From the NCBI GenBank assembly GCA_029248265.1, contig JAQWJQ010000201.1, forward strand, positions 601 to 64,600: DNA of 64,000 nucleotides. Reading direction: 5' to 3'. A program made the position numbers and the translations under genes. Origin of the DNA: Planctomycetota bacterium. Lineage in GTDB: Bacteria; Planctomycetota; UBA1135; GCA-002686595. Below the pieces are notes generated by a model. That model had not been told where the DNA came from, ran no database searches, and saw only the letters and a list, made by a program, of their open reading frames with translations. Of the stretch, positions 45,102-54,580 are shown piece after piece; position 1 is the first letter of the stretch, and each line of letters starts with the position of its first letter.

Positions 45102-47918
45102 TTGACCACCAACGCATACGAGAAGCCCCCCGCGCCTGCGGCCCTGCGCCTCGCCTTGGCCTCCGCCCTGGCGCTCCTCACGGCGGTCACCTTCTCACCC
45201 TCACTCTGGGGCGCGTTCATCTATGACGACGTGCTGCTCGTGGGTGAGTCACCCGCGACCCAGTCGATCTCGGCCGCCTTTGCCCACTGGATGGAGCCCT
45301 ACTGGGCCTTTGACGACCCTGACGCCGCGTCCCAACGCGGGCTGTGGCGTCCCATGACCTCCCTGGCCCTCGCCATGGGCCGCGCGGCCGGCGACGGCGA
45401 CCCCTTCGGCTTCCACCTCGTCTCCGTCGCCCTTCACCTGCTCGCAACGCTGGCCTGCTACCGGCTCACCGCGCGCTTGCTCCAGCGAGTGACCCGCGAC
45501 GCCGTGAGGGCCGAGTGGGCCGCGGCCGTGGGCGCCCTGCTGTTCGCCGTGCACCCCGCGCAGGTCGAGTCGGTGGCCTGGATTTCTGCGGTGAACGACC
45601 CTGCGTGGGGCTTGTTCGGTCTGCTCGCTCTCTGGCGCTATGACGTGGCGGCGGAGCAAGGCCGGACGCCCTTCGCGGCCGCGCTGCTGACCCTCCTGGC
45701 GCTGACGTGCAAGGAGACCGCCGTGGTGCTCTTCCCCGCGTTCCTCCTGCTCGACCTGGCCGCCAGGCGGCGGTTCGACGCGGTGCGCACGGTGGTCCTC
45801 GCCGCGCCCGTCGTGGTCTGGTACGTCGCCCGGGTCCTCGTGTTCGAGGGCCTCGACGCGGGCATCTTCCGCGAACACGGCGACTTCCAGATGTCCCGCG
45901 GGCGGGCCTTCACCTTCCGCCTCGAGCTCCTGGGTGGGTTCCTGAGGCACACCTTCTGGCCCACCGACCCGGCGGTCTTCCGCGCCGTCCACCCCGTCCT
46001 CCCCGAGGGGTCTCTCGCCGTCACGACCGCCGGTCTTTGGGTCGCTGGAAGCGCCGCCACGGCCCTCATGCTCTGGCGCCGCGGCGCCCGCCTCGGGGCG
46101 ACTGGCCTCGTACTCCTCGTGCTCGTCATCCTCCCGGTGGTCGCCACGCCGGGCCGCTCGGGTCTCTTCCCGCTCTCGGACCGCTACCTCTATCTGGGCC
46201 TCTTTGGCGCCGCGTTGGCCGTCACCACGGTGCTCGTGCGGGCACGCACCATCCTGCCCCTCGCCGCCGCGGGCCTCGTGCTCCCCGCCGCGCTCGCCAC
46301 CACAACCTGGAACCACCAGGACCGCTTCCAGGACGAGGTTCAGTTCCGGGTCGCCGGCGCCGAGGACGCGCCCCACACACCGTACGTGCTCTGGGGCGCG
46401 GGGCGCGCCTTCATCGAGGAGTACCAGCGCACCCTCGACATCGAGGACCTGCAGCAGGCCTACCTCTACTTCCTGCGCTCGCTCAAGGAAGGCACCATCT
46501 ACGGCGACGGTTCGTTCGTGGACGACCTCGACCAGCCAGCGCCACAGCGCGCCGGGCGACTCGAGCAGCTCATCCTCAACTCTCCCGCCACGGAGCGTCG
46601 ACCCGACCCCACCGTGATGTGGACCCCCGACGACCGCCTCCAGGCGACCCTCGGGCAGATCACCGTCAACACCTTCATCGAGGAGATCGACCGCGACTCC
46701 AACTACCGGTACCCGCTCACCGTCGCCCTCGAGGCCCGCAAGCTCTGGCCCGACGAGCCACGCCTCGAGCTCACGATCGCCCAGCTCCACGAGCGGCGTG
46801 GCGAGGTCGAACCGGCCAAGGCAGCCATCAGCAAGGTGGTCCGCAAGCAGCCCGGGAACGCCGAGGCGCTCCTGATCCTCGCGCGGGTGCTCATGCGGGA
46901 GGGCGACCTCGACAGCGCCCGCTCGACCCTCTCACGTGCCGTCCAGCTGGACGAGTCAAACGACGCCCTGCGCCTCGAGTTGGCCAGCGTGGCCCTCGCG
47001 AGCAAGCGCTACGACCTGGCCGAACGGGAGCTCGACCTCGTGCTCGCGAGGACTCAGCGGACCAACGTCCGGGCGCTCGTCCTGCGCGCAGCCCTCGAGA
47101 CGCGCCGGGAGCGCGCGGTGGAGGCGATGGGGTGGCTGGACCGGGCCCTCGAGCTCGACCCGGAGAACGGCGCGGCCCAGAAGGAGCGCGGCCTCGCGGC
47201 GATCAAGCTCGGCGACGTGAGCGGGGCGCTCGACGCCTTTGCTCGCGCCTGCGAGCAGCTGCCCGACGACTTCGAGTGCCATTACACCTTCGGCGCCCTG
47301 ATGCTCCAGCAGCAGCCGCCCGCGGACGCCCCCGCCTCCACCACCGCCGCGTGGGAGCGCACCGTGCTGGACGCCATGGTGCGCGCTTACATCCTCTCGC
47401 CGCGAACCGGCGAGGAGCAGCTCCTGCTCCAGGGTCAGATCGAGCCGTTCCTGCGCGGCGATCCGGACGCTGCGTTCAACCTGGCCATGACGCTCAACAA
47501 GCAGGGCCGAGGCGTGCTCGCGCTCTTCTGGCTCCAGCGCGTCGTGGAGTGGCGTGACCGCTGGGAGCCGTCGAAGCGCGCCCAGAATCTGGTCAAGGCC
47601 TTCACCACGAGCGGCACGCTCTACCTCTCGGCGGCGCGGCCCGACGAGGCCCTCGAGGCCTTCCGTAACGCCGTGCTCGCTGACCCCGGTGACTTCCGCG
47701 CGCGCTTCGAGCTCGGGGACCTGCTGTTCACCACGGGCGACACCGCCGCGGCCGCACCACACCTGCGCCGCGCCCTCGAGCTCTTCGGGGAGGCGGACAT
47801 CGCGCCTGAGATGCGCGAGGCCGTGCGAGGCACCATTGAGAAGCGGCTGGCGGCGATTGCCGGCGCCCCAGGGGCTCTCGCACCGGGAACGGGCGGCGAT
47901 TCAGGAGACAGCGAGTAG
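45102..47918 (+). CDS. TMTC-like GT-C glycosyltransferase (protein O-mannosyltransferase-like) with TPR domain
   Basis: FIYDD, WRP, FAVHP..VESVAWIS..ND, CKETA, DRYLYL, then TPRs; probable TTG start at 45102. Confidence 0.8.
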   Translation: MTTNAYEKPPAPAALRLALASALALLTAVTFSPSLWGAFIYDDVLLVGESPATQSISAAFAHWMEPYWAFDDPDAASQRGLWRPMTSLALAMGRAAGDGDPFGFHLVSVALHLLATLACYRLTARLLQRVTRDAVRAEWAAAVGALLFAVHPAQVESVAWISAVNDPAWGLFGLLALWRYDVAAEQGRTPFAAALLTLLALTCKETAVVLFPAFLLLDLAARRRFDAVRTVVLAAPVVVWYVARVLVFEGLDAGIFREHGDFQMSRGRAFTFRLELLGGFLRHTFWPTDPAVFRAVHPVLPEGSLAVTTAGLWVAGSAATALMLWRRGARLGATGLVLLVLVILPVVATPGRSGLFPLSDRYLYLGLFGAALAVTTVLVRARTILPLAAAGLVLPAALATTTWNHQDRFQDEVQFRVAGAEDAPHTPYVLWGAGRAFIEEYQRTLDIEDLQQAYLYFLRSLKEGTIYGDGSFVDDLDQPAPQRAGRLEQLILNSPATERRPDPTVMWTPDDRLQATLGQITVNTFIEEIDRDSNYRYPLTVALEARKLWPDEPRLELTIAQLHERRGEVEPAKAAISKVVRKQPGNAEALLILARVLMREGDLDSARSTLSRAVQLDESNDALRLELASVALASKRYDLAERELDLVLARTQRTNVRALVLRAALETRRERAVEAMGWLDRALELDPENGAAQKERGLAAIKLGDVSGALDAFARACEQLPDDFECHYTFGALMLQQQPPADAPASTTAAWERTVLDAMVRAYILSPRTGEEQLLLQGQIEPFLRGDPDAAFNLAMTLNKQGRGVLALFWLQRVVEWRDRWEPSKRAQNLVKAFTTSGTLYLSAARPDEALEAFRNAVLADPGDFRARFELGDLLFTTGDTAAAAPHLRRALELFGEADIAPEMREAVRGTIEKRLAAIAGAPGALAPGTGGDSGDSE

Positions 47919-47999
47919 CGAGGCGCCGTGGCCGTGGGCACCATCGGAGGTAGGTGAGGCAGCATGCCTCACCACCCCTTCCCCCTGCCCCAGGACACC

Positions 48000-49286
48000 A
48001 TGCGCTACGCCCTCCCTGTGTCTCTGCTCCTCGCCGGTGTCGCTGCCGCCCAGGGCTCCGACACCTGCTCCACACCCCTGACCGTCACCGGCGCCGGACC
48101 CCATGCGTTCGACACCACCGGCGCCACCACGGACGGTCAGCCGGACCTGCTCTGCGACTTCTTCGGCAACCAGGACATCTTCGACGACGTCTGGTTCGAG
48201 TGGACGGCCCAGGACAACGCGGAGCACGTGATCTCCCTGTGTGGGTCCACGGGAGACACCAAGGCCGCGGTCTACACCGACGGCTGCGCCGGCCTGATCC
48301 TCGCCTGCAATGACGACGCCTGCGGCCTGATCTCGGAGCTCACCTTCACGGCAGTCGCGGGCCAGACCTACGACATCCGCGTGGGAAACTACGCGGCTGG
48401 AGGCGCCGCCTTTGGCTCCTTCACGGTCACCCCTTACGTGCTTACCCAGAACCCGGCCAACGGCCACTTCTACCTGGTCGTCAACGCGAACATCTCCTGG
48501 ATCGACGCCCGCACCGAGGCCGAGACCTCCCTCCTCCAGGGGACCCCCGGCCACCTGGTGACGATCACTGACCAGGCGGAGCTCGACTGGATCCTGAACA
48601 ACCTGACCCTGCAGCGCCCGTGGATCGGGCTCTTCCAGAACACCGCCTCGCCCAGCTACTCCGAGCCCGGCGGCGGCTGGGAGTGGGTCACCGGTGAGCC
48701 CATGACGTTCCTCCCCTGGTCCCCGGGTGAGCCGAACAACAACAGCGCCTCGGGCGGCGCCGAGGACTACGCGGAGATGTTCGTGAACGGCAAGTGGAAC
48801 GACGCCGAGCTGAACCACGCCGTGACCACCCAGTACATCATCGAGTGGGAGAGCGGCACGATCGGGACGACCTACTGCACGTCCAACCCGAACTCCACCG
48901 GTGTGAACAGCAGCCTGAGCGCGGCCGGCTCCGTGGAGGTGTCGAGCAACGACCTCACCCTGACCGCCGCGGACCTCCCCCCCTCCTCCTTCGGCTTCTT
49001 CCTCGCCAGCCTGACCCAGGGTGCCGTGGCCAACCCGGGTGGGAGCGAGGGTGTCCTCTGCCTCGGCGGCGCCATCGGCCGCTTCGTGGGCCCAGGGCAG
49101 ATCAAGAACAGCGGGAGCAACGGCGAATTCAGCCTCGCCCTGGACCTGACCGCGCTGCCCTCCCCCACCGGATTCGTGACGGCGATGCCCGGTGAGACCT
49201 GGAACTTCCAGGCCTGGCACCGGGACGCCGTGGGCGGCAGCGCCGTCTCCAACTTCACGGACGGGCTCTCGACGACGCTGCAGTGA
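48000..49286 (+). CDS. Secreted protein with C-type lectin domain and conserved C-terminal domain
   Basis: ATG 48000 with SD and signal peptide; NGHFY...SW.DA...GHLVTI..Q.E...WIGL...WEWVTGE...W..GEPNN...EDY...WND (CTLD, EPN motif). Confidence 0.88.
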   Translation: MRYALPVSLLLAGVAAAQGSDTCSTPLTVTGAGPHAFDTTGATTDGQPDLLCDFFGNQDIFDDVWFEWTAQDNAEHVISLCGSTGDTKAAVYTDGCAGLILACNDDACGLISELTFTAVAGQTYDIRVGNYAAGGAAFGSFTVTPYVLTQNPANGHFYLVVNANISWIDARTEAETSLLQGTPGHLVTITDQAELDWILNNLTLQRPWIGLFQNTASPSYSEPGGGWEWVTGEPMTFLPWSPGEPNNNSASGGAEDYAEMFVNGKWNDAELNHAVTTQYIIEWESGTIGTTYCTSNPNSTGVNSSLSAAGSVEVSSNDLTLTAADLPPSSFGFFLASLTQGAVANPGGSEGVLCLGGAIGRFVGPGQIKNSGSNGEFSLALDLTALPSPTGFVTAMPGETWNFQAWHRDAVGGSAVSNFTDGLSTTLQ

Positions 49287-49373
49287 TCGACCTGTCGAGC
49301 CCCGCTCATCGGCGAGCCACTCTGCGCCCTTGAGGTCCGGGACACGCGCCGCCTGATGGCGGCGGCTCCAAGA

Positions 49374-49402
49374 AGGGGGCGGCGCCCAACGCGCCGCCCC
49401 CT
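49374..49402. terminator. Hairpin between convergent genes
   Basis: AGGGGGCGGCGC pairs with GCGCCGCCCCCT: perfect 12-bp stem, 5-nt loop. Confidence 0.7.
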
Positions 49403-49440
49403 CGTTCATTGCAAGAGCCCCCGTTCCCCGGGCTGGTGCC

Positions 49441-50469
49441 TCAGGTGCGGAGCAGTCGCCGAACGGTGGTCACGTGGCGCGCGGCGCCCTCGTCGATCTC
49501 ACTCGCCTCGATGCGCTCCTCCACGGTGTGGGCGAGGTCGATGGAGCCGGGCCCCATGAGCAGGGGAGTCCCCCAGCGGCGCAGGTGCGGGGCGTCGGTG
49601 CCGAAGGCCACAGGCTTCGCCGGCTCCCCCTCGGGCACCAGGAAGCGCACAGGCCCGTACTGCTCGCGCTCCTCCACGAGCTCCACGTGGGCCCCAAGGA
49701 CCGCCTCGATGCGGGCGCGCACCTCGTCTGGCTCCTCCACCGCTCGAACGAGGATGCTCGCGCGCGCCTCCGGCGCGACCACGTTCGGCGCCAGTCCGCC
49801 TCCGATGGTGCCCACGTTGATCGTGCCCTCACCGAGGTCAGGGGCCGCCCCCCAGCTGCTGCTGGTGAGCCGCGTGCAGCAGCCGACGAGCTCGTGAACC
49901 GCCGAGGGGCCCAGCGGGTTCGAGCTGTGCCCGGCCACGCCGTGGGCCACGAGGTCCGCCAGGAAGATGCCCTTGTGACCGCTGATGAAGCGGTTGCCCG
50001 TGGGCTCGCCCACGATGGTGTAGCGGGGCGCCCAGCGGTCTCGCATGGCGGGGTCGTCGCCCAGGGCGTGGTCCGCCGCCGCGGCTCCGACGCTGTCGAC
50101 CTCCTCGCCCACGGTGAAAAGGAAGCCCACGCGCCGCTCCCCCTCCTTGACCAGCTGCTCCGCTGCCAGGAGCATCGCCAGAGCCTGACCCTTCGCATCG
50201 CACGCTCCGCGGCCGTGGACCGTGCCGCCGGTGACCCGCGGGCCGATGAACGGCGGGACCGTGTCCAGGTGCGTGCAGAAGACCACCTCCGGACGACCGG
50301 CCCGGGCAAGCACGTTCCGGCGGCCGGGCGCGACCTCCTGGTACTCCACGTCGAAGCCGCGCTGCTCGAGCGCGCGGCCGAGGGCGTCACCGTAGTCGCC
50401 CTCGTTGCCGGTGATGGACTGAATGTCGATCCAGTCGCTTAGCGTCGAGGTGATCTGGCCCTGGTCCAT
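49441..50469 (-). CDS. argE: M20 family peptidase, probable acetylornithine deacetylase
   Basis: THLDTVPP, GRGACDAKG, GEEVDS, VGEPT, FGTDA, AHT.EE; last gene of the arg operon; start re-called at ATG 50469. Confidence 0.75.
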   Translation of the reverse strand: MDQGQITSTLSDWIDIQSITGNEGDYGDALGRALEQRGFDVEYQEVAPGRRNVLARAGRPEVVFCTHLDTVPPFIGPRVTGGTVHGRGACDAKGQALAMLLAAEQLVKEGERRVGFLFTVGEEVDSVGAAAADHALGDDPAMRDRWAPRYTIVGEPTGNRFISGHKGIFLADLVAHGVAGHSSNPLGPSAVHELVGCCTRLTSSSWGAAPDLGEGTINVGTIGGGLAPNVVAPEARASILVRAVEEPDEVRARIEAVLGAHVELVEEREQYGPVRFLVPEGEPAKPVAFGTDAPHLRRWGTPLLMGPGSIDLAHTVEERIEASEIDEGAARHVTTVRRLLRT

Positions 50470-50479
50470 GGGCCCAAGT

Positions 50480-51022
50480 CTAGCGGCCGACGCGCAGGGG
50501 CATCCCCGGTTTGGGGAGGGCCACCGCCGGCAGCCCTTCACCGCTGGGGACCCCTAGCTCCTTGACAACGGCGACCTCGTCGCACTTGTGGAACTTGGGG
50601 CACTTCAGGCAGTCGGTGAAGACCTTGTGCGGGAGGGACTCGTGCTCGACGACCTCGAAGCCCAGCTTCTCGAAGAAGCCAGTGACGTAGGTGAAGGCCA
50701 TGACACGGGCGACCTCGAGCTCCTCGGCCTCATCGATCAGAAACTGCGCGAGGCGCCGGCCGAGCCCCAGCTTCTGGAAGCGCGGATCGACGGCGATGGA
50801 GCGCACCTCGGCGATGTCGGTCCAGATGATCGCGAGGGCGCCGCAGCCAGCGAACGCCCCGTCCACCGTGACGACGATGAAGTCGCGGATCTTCTCCACG
50901 ATCGAGGCCGGGGACCGCGGCAGCATGAGCCCGTCGGCCGCGAGGCCGTTGATGAGGTCCATCATCGGCTCGACGTCCCGCATGGTCGCGCGACGCAGGC
51001 AAATCTCCTGGGGCGCGCTCAC
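50480..51022 (-). CDS. argA: Short GNAT-type N-acetylglutamate synthase
   Basis: MLPRS, AEVRSIAV...QKLGLG, FFEKLGF, LPHKVFTDCLKCPK..CDE; directly after argH. Confidence 0.82.
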   Translation of the reverse strand: MSAPQEICLRRATMRDVEPMMDLINGLAADGLMLPRSPASIVEKIRDFIVVTVDGAFAGCGALAIIWTDIAEVRSIAVDPRFQKLGLGRRLAQFLIDEAEELEVARVMAFTYVTGFFEKLGFEVVEHESLPHKVFTDCLKCPKFHKCDEVAVVKELGVPSGEGLPAVALPKPGMPLRVGR

Positions 51023-52425
51023 GCCTCGTCCCCCCCGAGGAGGCCCTTCCAGCGCTCGACCTCAGCGGCGACCCGCGCCGCCGCGGTCCCGCCGATCACG
51101 TCCCGCCGCGCCAGCAGCGCGTCGGTGCCGAGCTCCTCGGCGAGCGCGACGCCCGCCAGCTCCGGCATGGTGGCCTCGCGGGCGGCGGCCGAGAGGCGCT
51201 CCAGGGGCACGCCTTCCTCGATCGCGGCGTTCACCGCGGCGCCGACCCGATCGTGAGCCTCACGGAAGGGCACGCCCCGCTTCACGAGCAGGTCCGCCAG
51301 GTCGGTGGCGTCCAGGTGGCCCACGCCACAGGCCGCGCGGGCCTGCTCCCGGTCGAAGACCACGTCCTGGGCCACGAGCGCCGCGACCTCGAGGCAGGTC
51401 CCCGTGGTGTCCAGGGCCTCGAAGAGCGCCTCCTTGTCCTCCTGCAGGTCCTTGTCGTAGGCGAGGGGCAAGCCCTTGGTGGTGGTGATCAGCGTGGTCA
51501 GCGCGCCGTGGACCCGGCCCACCTTGCCGCGCAAGAGTTCGAGGGCGTCGGGGTTGCGCTTCTGGGGCATCAAGCTCGAGCCCGTGGAGACCGTGTCCCC
51601 GAAGGTCAGCACCGCCGCCTCCTGGCTCGCCAGGAAGATCCAGTCCTCGGCCATGCGCGAGAGGTGCAGCATGGTCGTGGTGCAGGCGAAGATGACCTCG
51701 AGCACGTGGTCCCGATCGCTCACCGCGTCGAGGCTGTTGCGGGTCGCGCCCGCCCCGAAGCCGAGCTCCGACGCCAGCGCCTCCCGGTCCACCGGGTACG
51801 CCGTGCCCGCGAGGGCCGCGGAGCCGAGGGGGCAGGTGTCCATGCGCGCCGAGGCGTCGGCGAGCCGGTCCGCGTCCCGCGCAAGCATCTCCACGTAGGC
51901 GAGGCACTGGTGCCCGAAGGTCACGGGTTGAGCCCGCTGGAGGTGGGTGTAGCCCGGCAGGGGCGCGTCGTGAAAATCACCCGCCAGCTCCACGAGCGCC
52001 GCCTGGGCGCCGCGGATCCCCACGCGGATCTTCTCGATCGCGGCCCGCAGGTGGAGCTTGAGGTCCGTGGCGACCTGGTCATTGCGCGAGCGGCCCGTGT
52101 GGAGCTTCTTGCCGAGGTCCCCGACGCGGCGGACGAGCTCGTCCTCCACGAAGGAGTGCACGTCCTCGGCCCGTGAGACGTCCAGGGGCGAGTCGTCCTC
52201 GGCGAGCTCCGCGGCGATGGCCTCGAGGGTCGCCACGAGCTCGTCGCGCTCTGCGCCCGTGAGCACCCCGGCGCCCGCGAGGCCGCGGGCCCAGGCCACG
52301 CTGCCCGCGAGGTCGTCGAAGACGAAGCGGCGGTCGAAGGGGAGGCTCCGGTTGAGCTCCTCGAAGATCGGGTGCAGGGCGCCCTGAAAGCGCCCGCCCC
52401 ACAGCTTGGCCTCGGTCACGGTCAC
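51019..52425 (-). CDS. argH: Argininosuccinate lyase
   Basis: KLWGGRF, LHTGRSRNDQVATD, PGYTHLQRAQP, STGSSLMPQKRNPD; GTG start overlaps the argG stop. Confidence 0.95.
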   Translation of the reverse strand: MTVTEAKLWGGRFQGALHPIFEELNRSLPFDRRFVFDDLAGSVAWARGLAGAGVLTGAERDELVATLEAIAAELAEDDSPLDVSRAEDVHSFVEDELVRRVGDLGKKLHTGRSRNDQVATDLKLHLRAAIEKIRVGIRGAQAALVELAGDFHDAPLPGYTHLQRAQPVTFGHQCLAYVEMLARDADRLADASARMDTCPLGSAALAGTAYPVDREALASELGFGAGATRNSLDAVSDRDHVLEVIFACTTTMLHLSRMAEDWIFLASQEAAVLTFGDTVSTGSSLMPQKRNPDALELLRGKVGRVHGALTTLITTTKGLPLAYDKDLQEDKEALFEALDTTGTCLEVAALVAQDVVFDREQARAACGVGHLDATDLADLLVKRGVPFREAHDRVGAAVNAAIEEGVPLERLSAAAREATMPELAGVALAEELGTDALLARRDVIGGTAAARVAAEVERWKGLLGGDEA

Positions 52426-53627
52426 TCCCCCCGCCCCGCGGCCGCGGCGACGGTGCCAGGCAGGCCGAAGAGCCGCACGAAGCCCTCGCTGTCCTGGGGC
52501 TCGTAGCCGTCCCCCATCTTGAAGGAGGCCAGGTCGTCCCGGTACAGGGAGCGGTCGCTCGAGGTGGCCACGGCGGTGGCGCGGCCCTTGTAGAGCTCGA
52601 CCGTCACGTCGCCGGTGCACGGCTCCATGGCGTTCGCAAAGAGGGCGTCCATGGCCTCCCGCTTGGGGTGGAACCACAGGCCGTTGTAGACGGTACGCGC
52701 GTACTCCGGCGCGACCCGCTCGCAGAGGTCGAGGGTGTCCCGCTCGACGCACAGGCTCCGCAGGGTGCGCAGGGCCTCGAAGAGGATCGTGCCCCCCGGG
52801 GTCTCGTACAGGCCCCGGGACTTCATCCCCACCAGCCGGTTCTCGATGATGTCCACGCGCCCAACGCCGTGGACCGCGCCCAGGTCGTTGAGCTGCTCGA
52901 TCATCGCCACCGGGCCAGTGGCCTGGCCGTCGATGGCGACGGGGACCCCGGACTCGAAGCTCAGGGTCACGCGCGCGGGGGCGTCGGGCGCCTGGCGCGG
53001 GTCCACGGTCCAGGTCCACGCGTCGTCGGGCGGCGGTGCGCCGACGTCCTCGATGGCGCCGCCCTCGTGGCTGATGTGCCAGAGGTTGCGGTCGCGGCTG
53101 TAGATCTTCTTCTTGGTGGCCGTGATCGGGATGCCCGCCGCGTTGGCGTAGTCGATGGCCTCCTCGCGGCTGGTGATGTCCCAGGTCCGCCAGGGCGCGA
53201 TCACCTCGAGGCTCGGGTCGAACGCGCGGTAGCCCACCTCGAAGCGCACCTGGTCATTGCCCTTCCCGGTGCACCCGTGGGCCACGGCCGTGGCGCCGAC
53301 CTCCTTGGCGTACTCCACCTGAGCCCGGGCCAAGATCGGCCGGGCGAGGCTGGTGCCCAGGAGGTAACGGCCCTCGTAGACCGCGAGCGCGCGCAGCGCC
53401 GGCCAGATCGTCTCGGTCACGAAGGCCTCGCGCAGGTCCGCGACCTTGCAGGACGCGGCGCCCGTGGCGGCGGCCTTCTCCTCCAGGCCCACGAGCTCCT
53501 CCGCGCCCTGGCCCACGTCGCCAGCCAGGCAGTGAACCTCCCAGCCGCGCTCCTTGAGCCACGGGATGATGATCGACGTGTCGAGGCCCCCGGAGTAGGC
53601 GAGGACGACCTTCTTGGACTCGCTCAC
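52422..53627 (-). CDS. argG: Argininosuccinate synthase
   Basis: KVVLAYSGGLDTS, HGCTGKGNDQVRFE, ENRLVGMKSRG.YETPG; GTG start overlaps the argF stop. Confidence 0.96.
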   Translation of the reverse strand: MSESKKVVLAYSGGLDTSIIIPWLKERGWEVHCLAGDVGQGAEELVGLEEKAAATGAASCKVADLREAFVTETIWPALRALAVYEGRYLLGTSLARPILARAQVEYAKEVGATAVAHGCTGKGNDQVRFEVGYRAFDPSLEVIAPWRTWDITSREEAIDYANAAGIPITATKKKIYSRDRNLWHISHEGGAIEDVGAPPPDDAWTWTVDPRQAPDAPARVTLSFESGVPVAIDGQATGPVAMIEQLNDLGAVHGVGRVDIIENRLVGMKSRGLYETPGGTILFEALRTLRSLCVERDTLDLCERVAPEYARTVYNGLWFHPKREAMDALFANAMEPCTGDVTVELYKGRATAVATSSDRSLYRDDLASFKMGDGYEPQDSEGFVRLFGLPGTVAAAAGRGE

Positions 53628-54580
53628 GACTGCCCCTCCCCGCCGAGCAGCATGGCCAGCACGGCCTTCTGGGCGTGCAGGCGGTTCTCGGCGATGTCGA
53701 AGACGATGGAGTTGGGGCCGTCGATGACGCCCCGGGAGACTTCGTGGCCGCGGTGGGCCGGCAGGCAATGCATGAACTTGGCGTGGTCGGTGTATTCCAT
53801 GAGTTGTTCGTTCACGGCGTAGTCGGAGAAGACCGCGGCGCGCTCCTCGGTCTCTTCTTCCTGCCCCATGCTGGCCCACACGTCGGTGTAGACGGCGTGA
53901 GCGCCCTTGACCGCCACGATGGGGTCCGTCTCAAGGGTGAAGCTGCCGCCGGTCTCCTGGGCGGAGGCCACGGCGGCACGCTCGATCTCGGCGTCCGGCT
54001 CGTAGCCCTCGGGGGCGCAGACCGTCACGTCCATGCCGAGCTTGGTGGCCGCGGTGATCAGCGAGTGGCAGGTGTTGTTGCCGTCGCCGATGAAGACCAG
54101 CTTGCGCCCCTTCACGTCACCCCAGTGCTCGATGAGGGTCATCGTGTCCGCCAGCGCCTGGCACGGGTGGAGCAGCTCGGAGAGGCCGTTCACCACGGGC
54201 ACGTCGGCGTTCTGCGCGAGCTCCACCACCGTGCGGTGCCGATAGGTCCGGGCCACGATGGCGTGGGTCCAGCGCTCGAGGTTCTTGGCCATGTCCCGCA
54301 CGGACTCGCGGGCGCCCATGCGGGCGCCGTTCGAGAGGTCCAGGAAGGTGGCGCTGCCGCCGAGGTCCTGCATCCCGATGTCGAAGGTGAAGCGGGTCCG
54401 CAACGACTCCTTCTCGAACACCATGGCGAGGCGCTTGCCGCGCAGGAGGTCGTTGTAGGCGGTCTGGTTCGCCTTGATCTCGAGGGCGGTGTCCAGCACG
54501 AGCCGGAGCTCGTCGGGGGAGAGGTCCCCTAGCGACACCAGGTTGGGCGCGGGGAACGGGGCGATGGGAGCGGCGATCAT
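53624..54580 (-). CDS. argF: Ornithine carbamoyltransferase
   Basis: FEKESLRT, HPCQALAD, GDGNN, TDVWASMG, HCLPAHRG. Confidence 0.93.
   Translation of the reverse strand: MIAAPIAPFPAPNLVSLGDLSPDELRLVLDTALEIKANQTAYNDLLRGKRLAMVFEKESLRTRFTFDIGMQDLGGSATFLDLSNGARMGARESVRDMAKNLERWTHAIVARTYRHRTVVELAQNADVPVVNGLSELLHPCQALADTMTLIEHWGDVKGRKLVFIGDGNNTCHSLITAATKLGMDVTVCAPEGYEPDAEIERAAVASAQETGGSFTLETDPIVAVKGAHAVYTDVWASMGQEEETEERAAVFSDYAVNEQLMEYTDHAKFMHCLPAHRGHEVSRGVIDGPNSIVFDIAENRLHAQKAVLAMLLGGEGQS

Noticed and set aside
51019-53879. Very long N-terminal extensions of argH, argG, the HEAT-VWA protein, the sulfatase and the CRTAC1 protein in the ORF track
   Set aside because: Artefacts of choosing the most upstream start codon; the re-called starts coincide with stop/start overlaps or signal peptides.
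53624-54580. SLRT instead of STRT suggesting N-acetyl- or N-succinylornithine carbamoyltransferase
   Set aside because: The DVWASMG ornithine-binding loop, HPCQ and HCLPAHRG are canonical OTC features.
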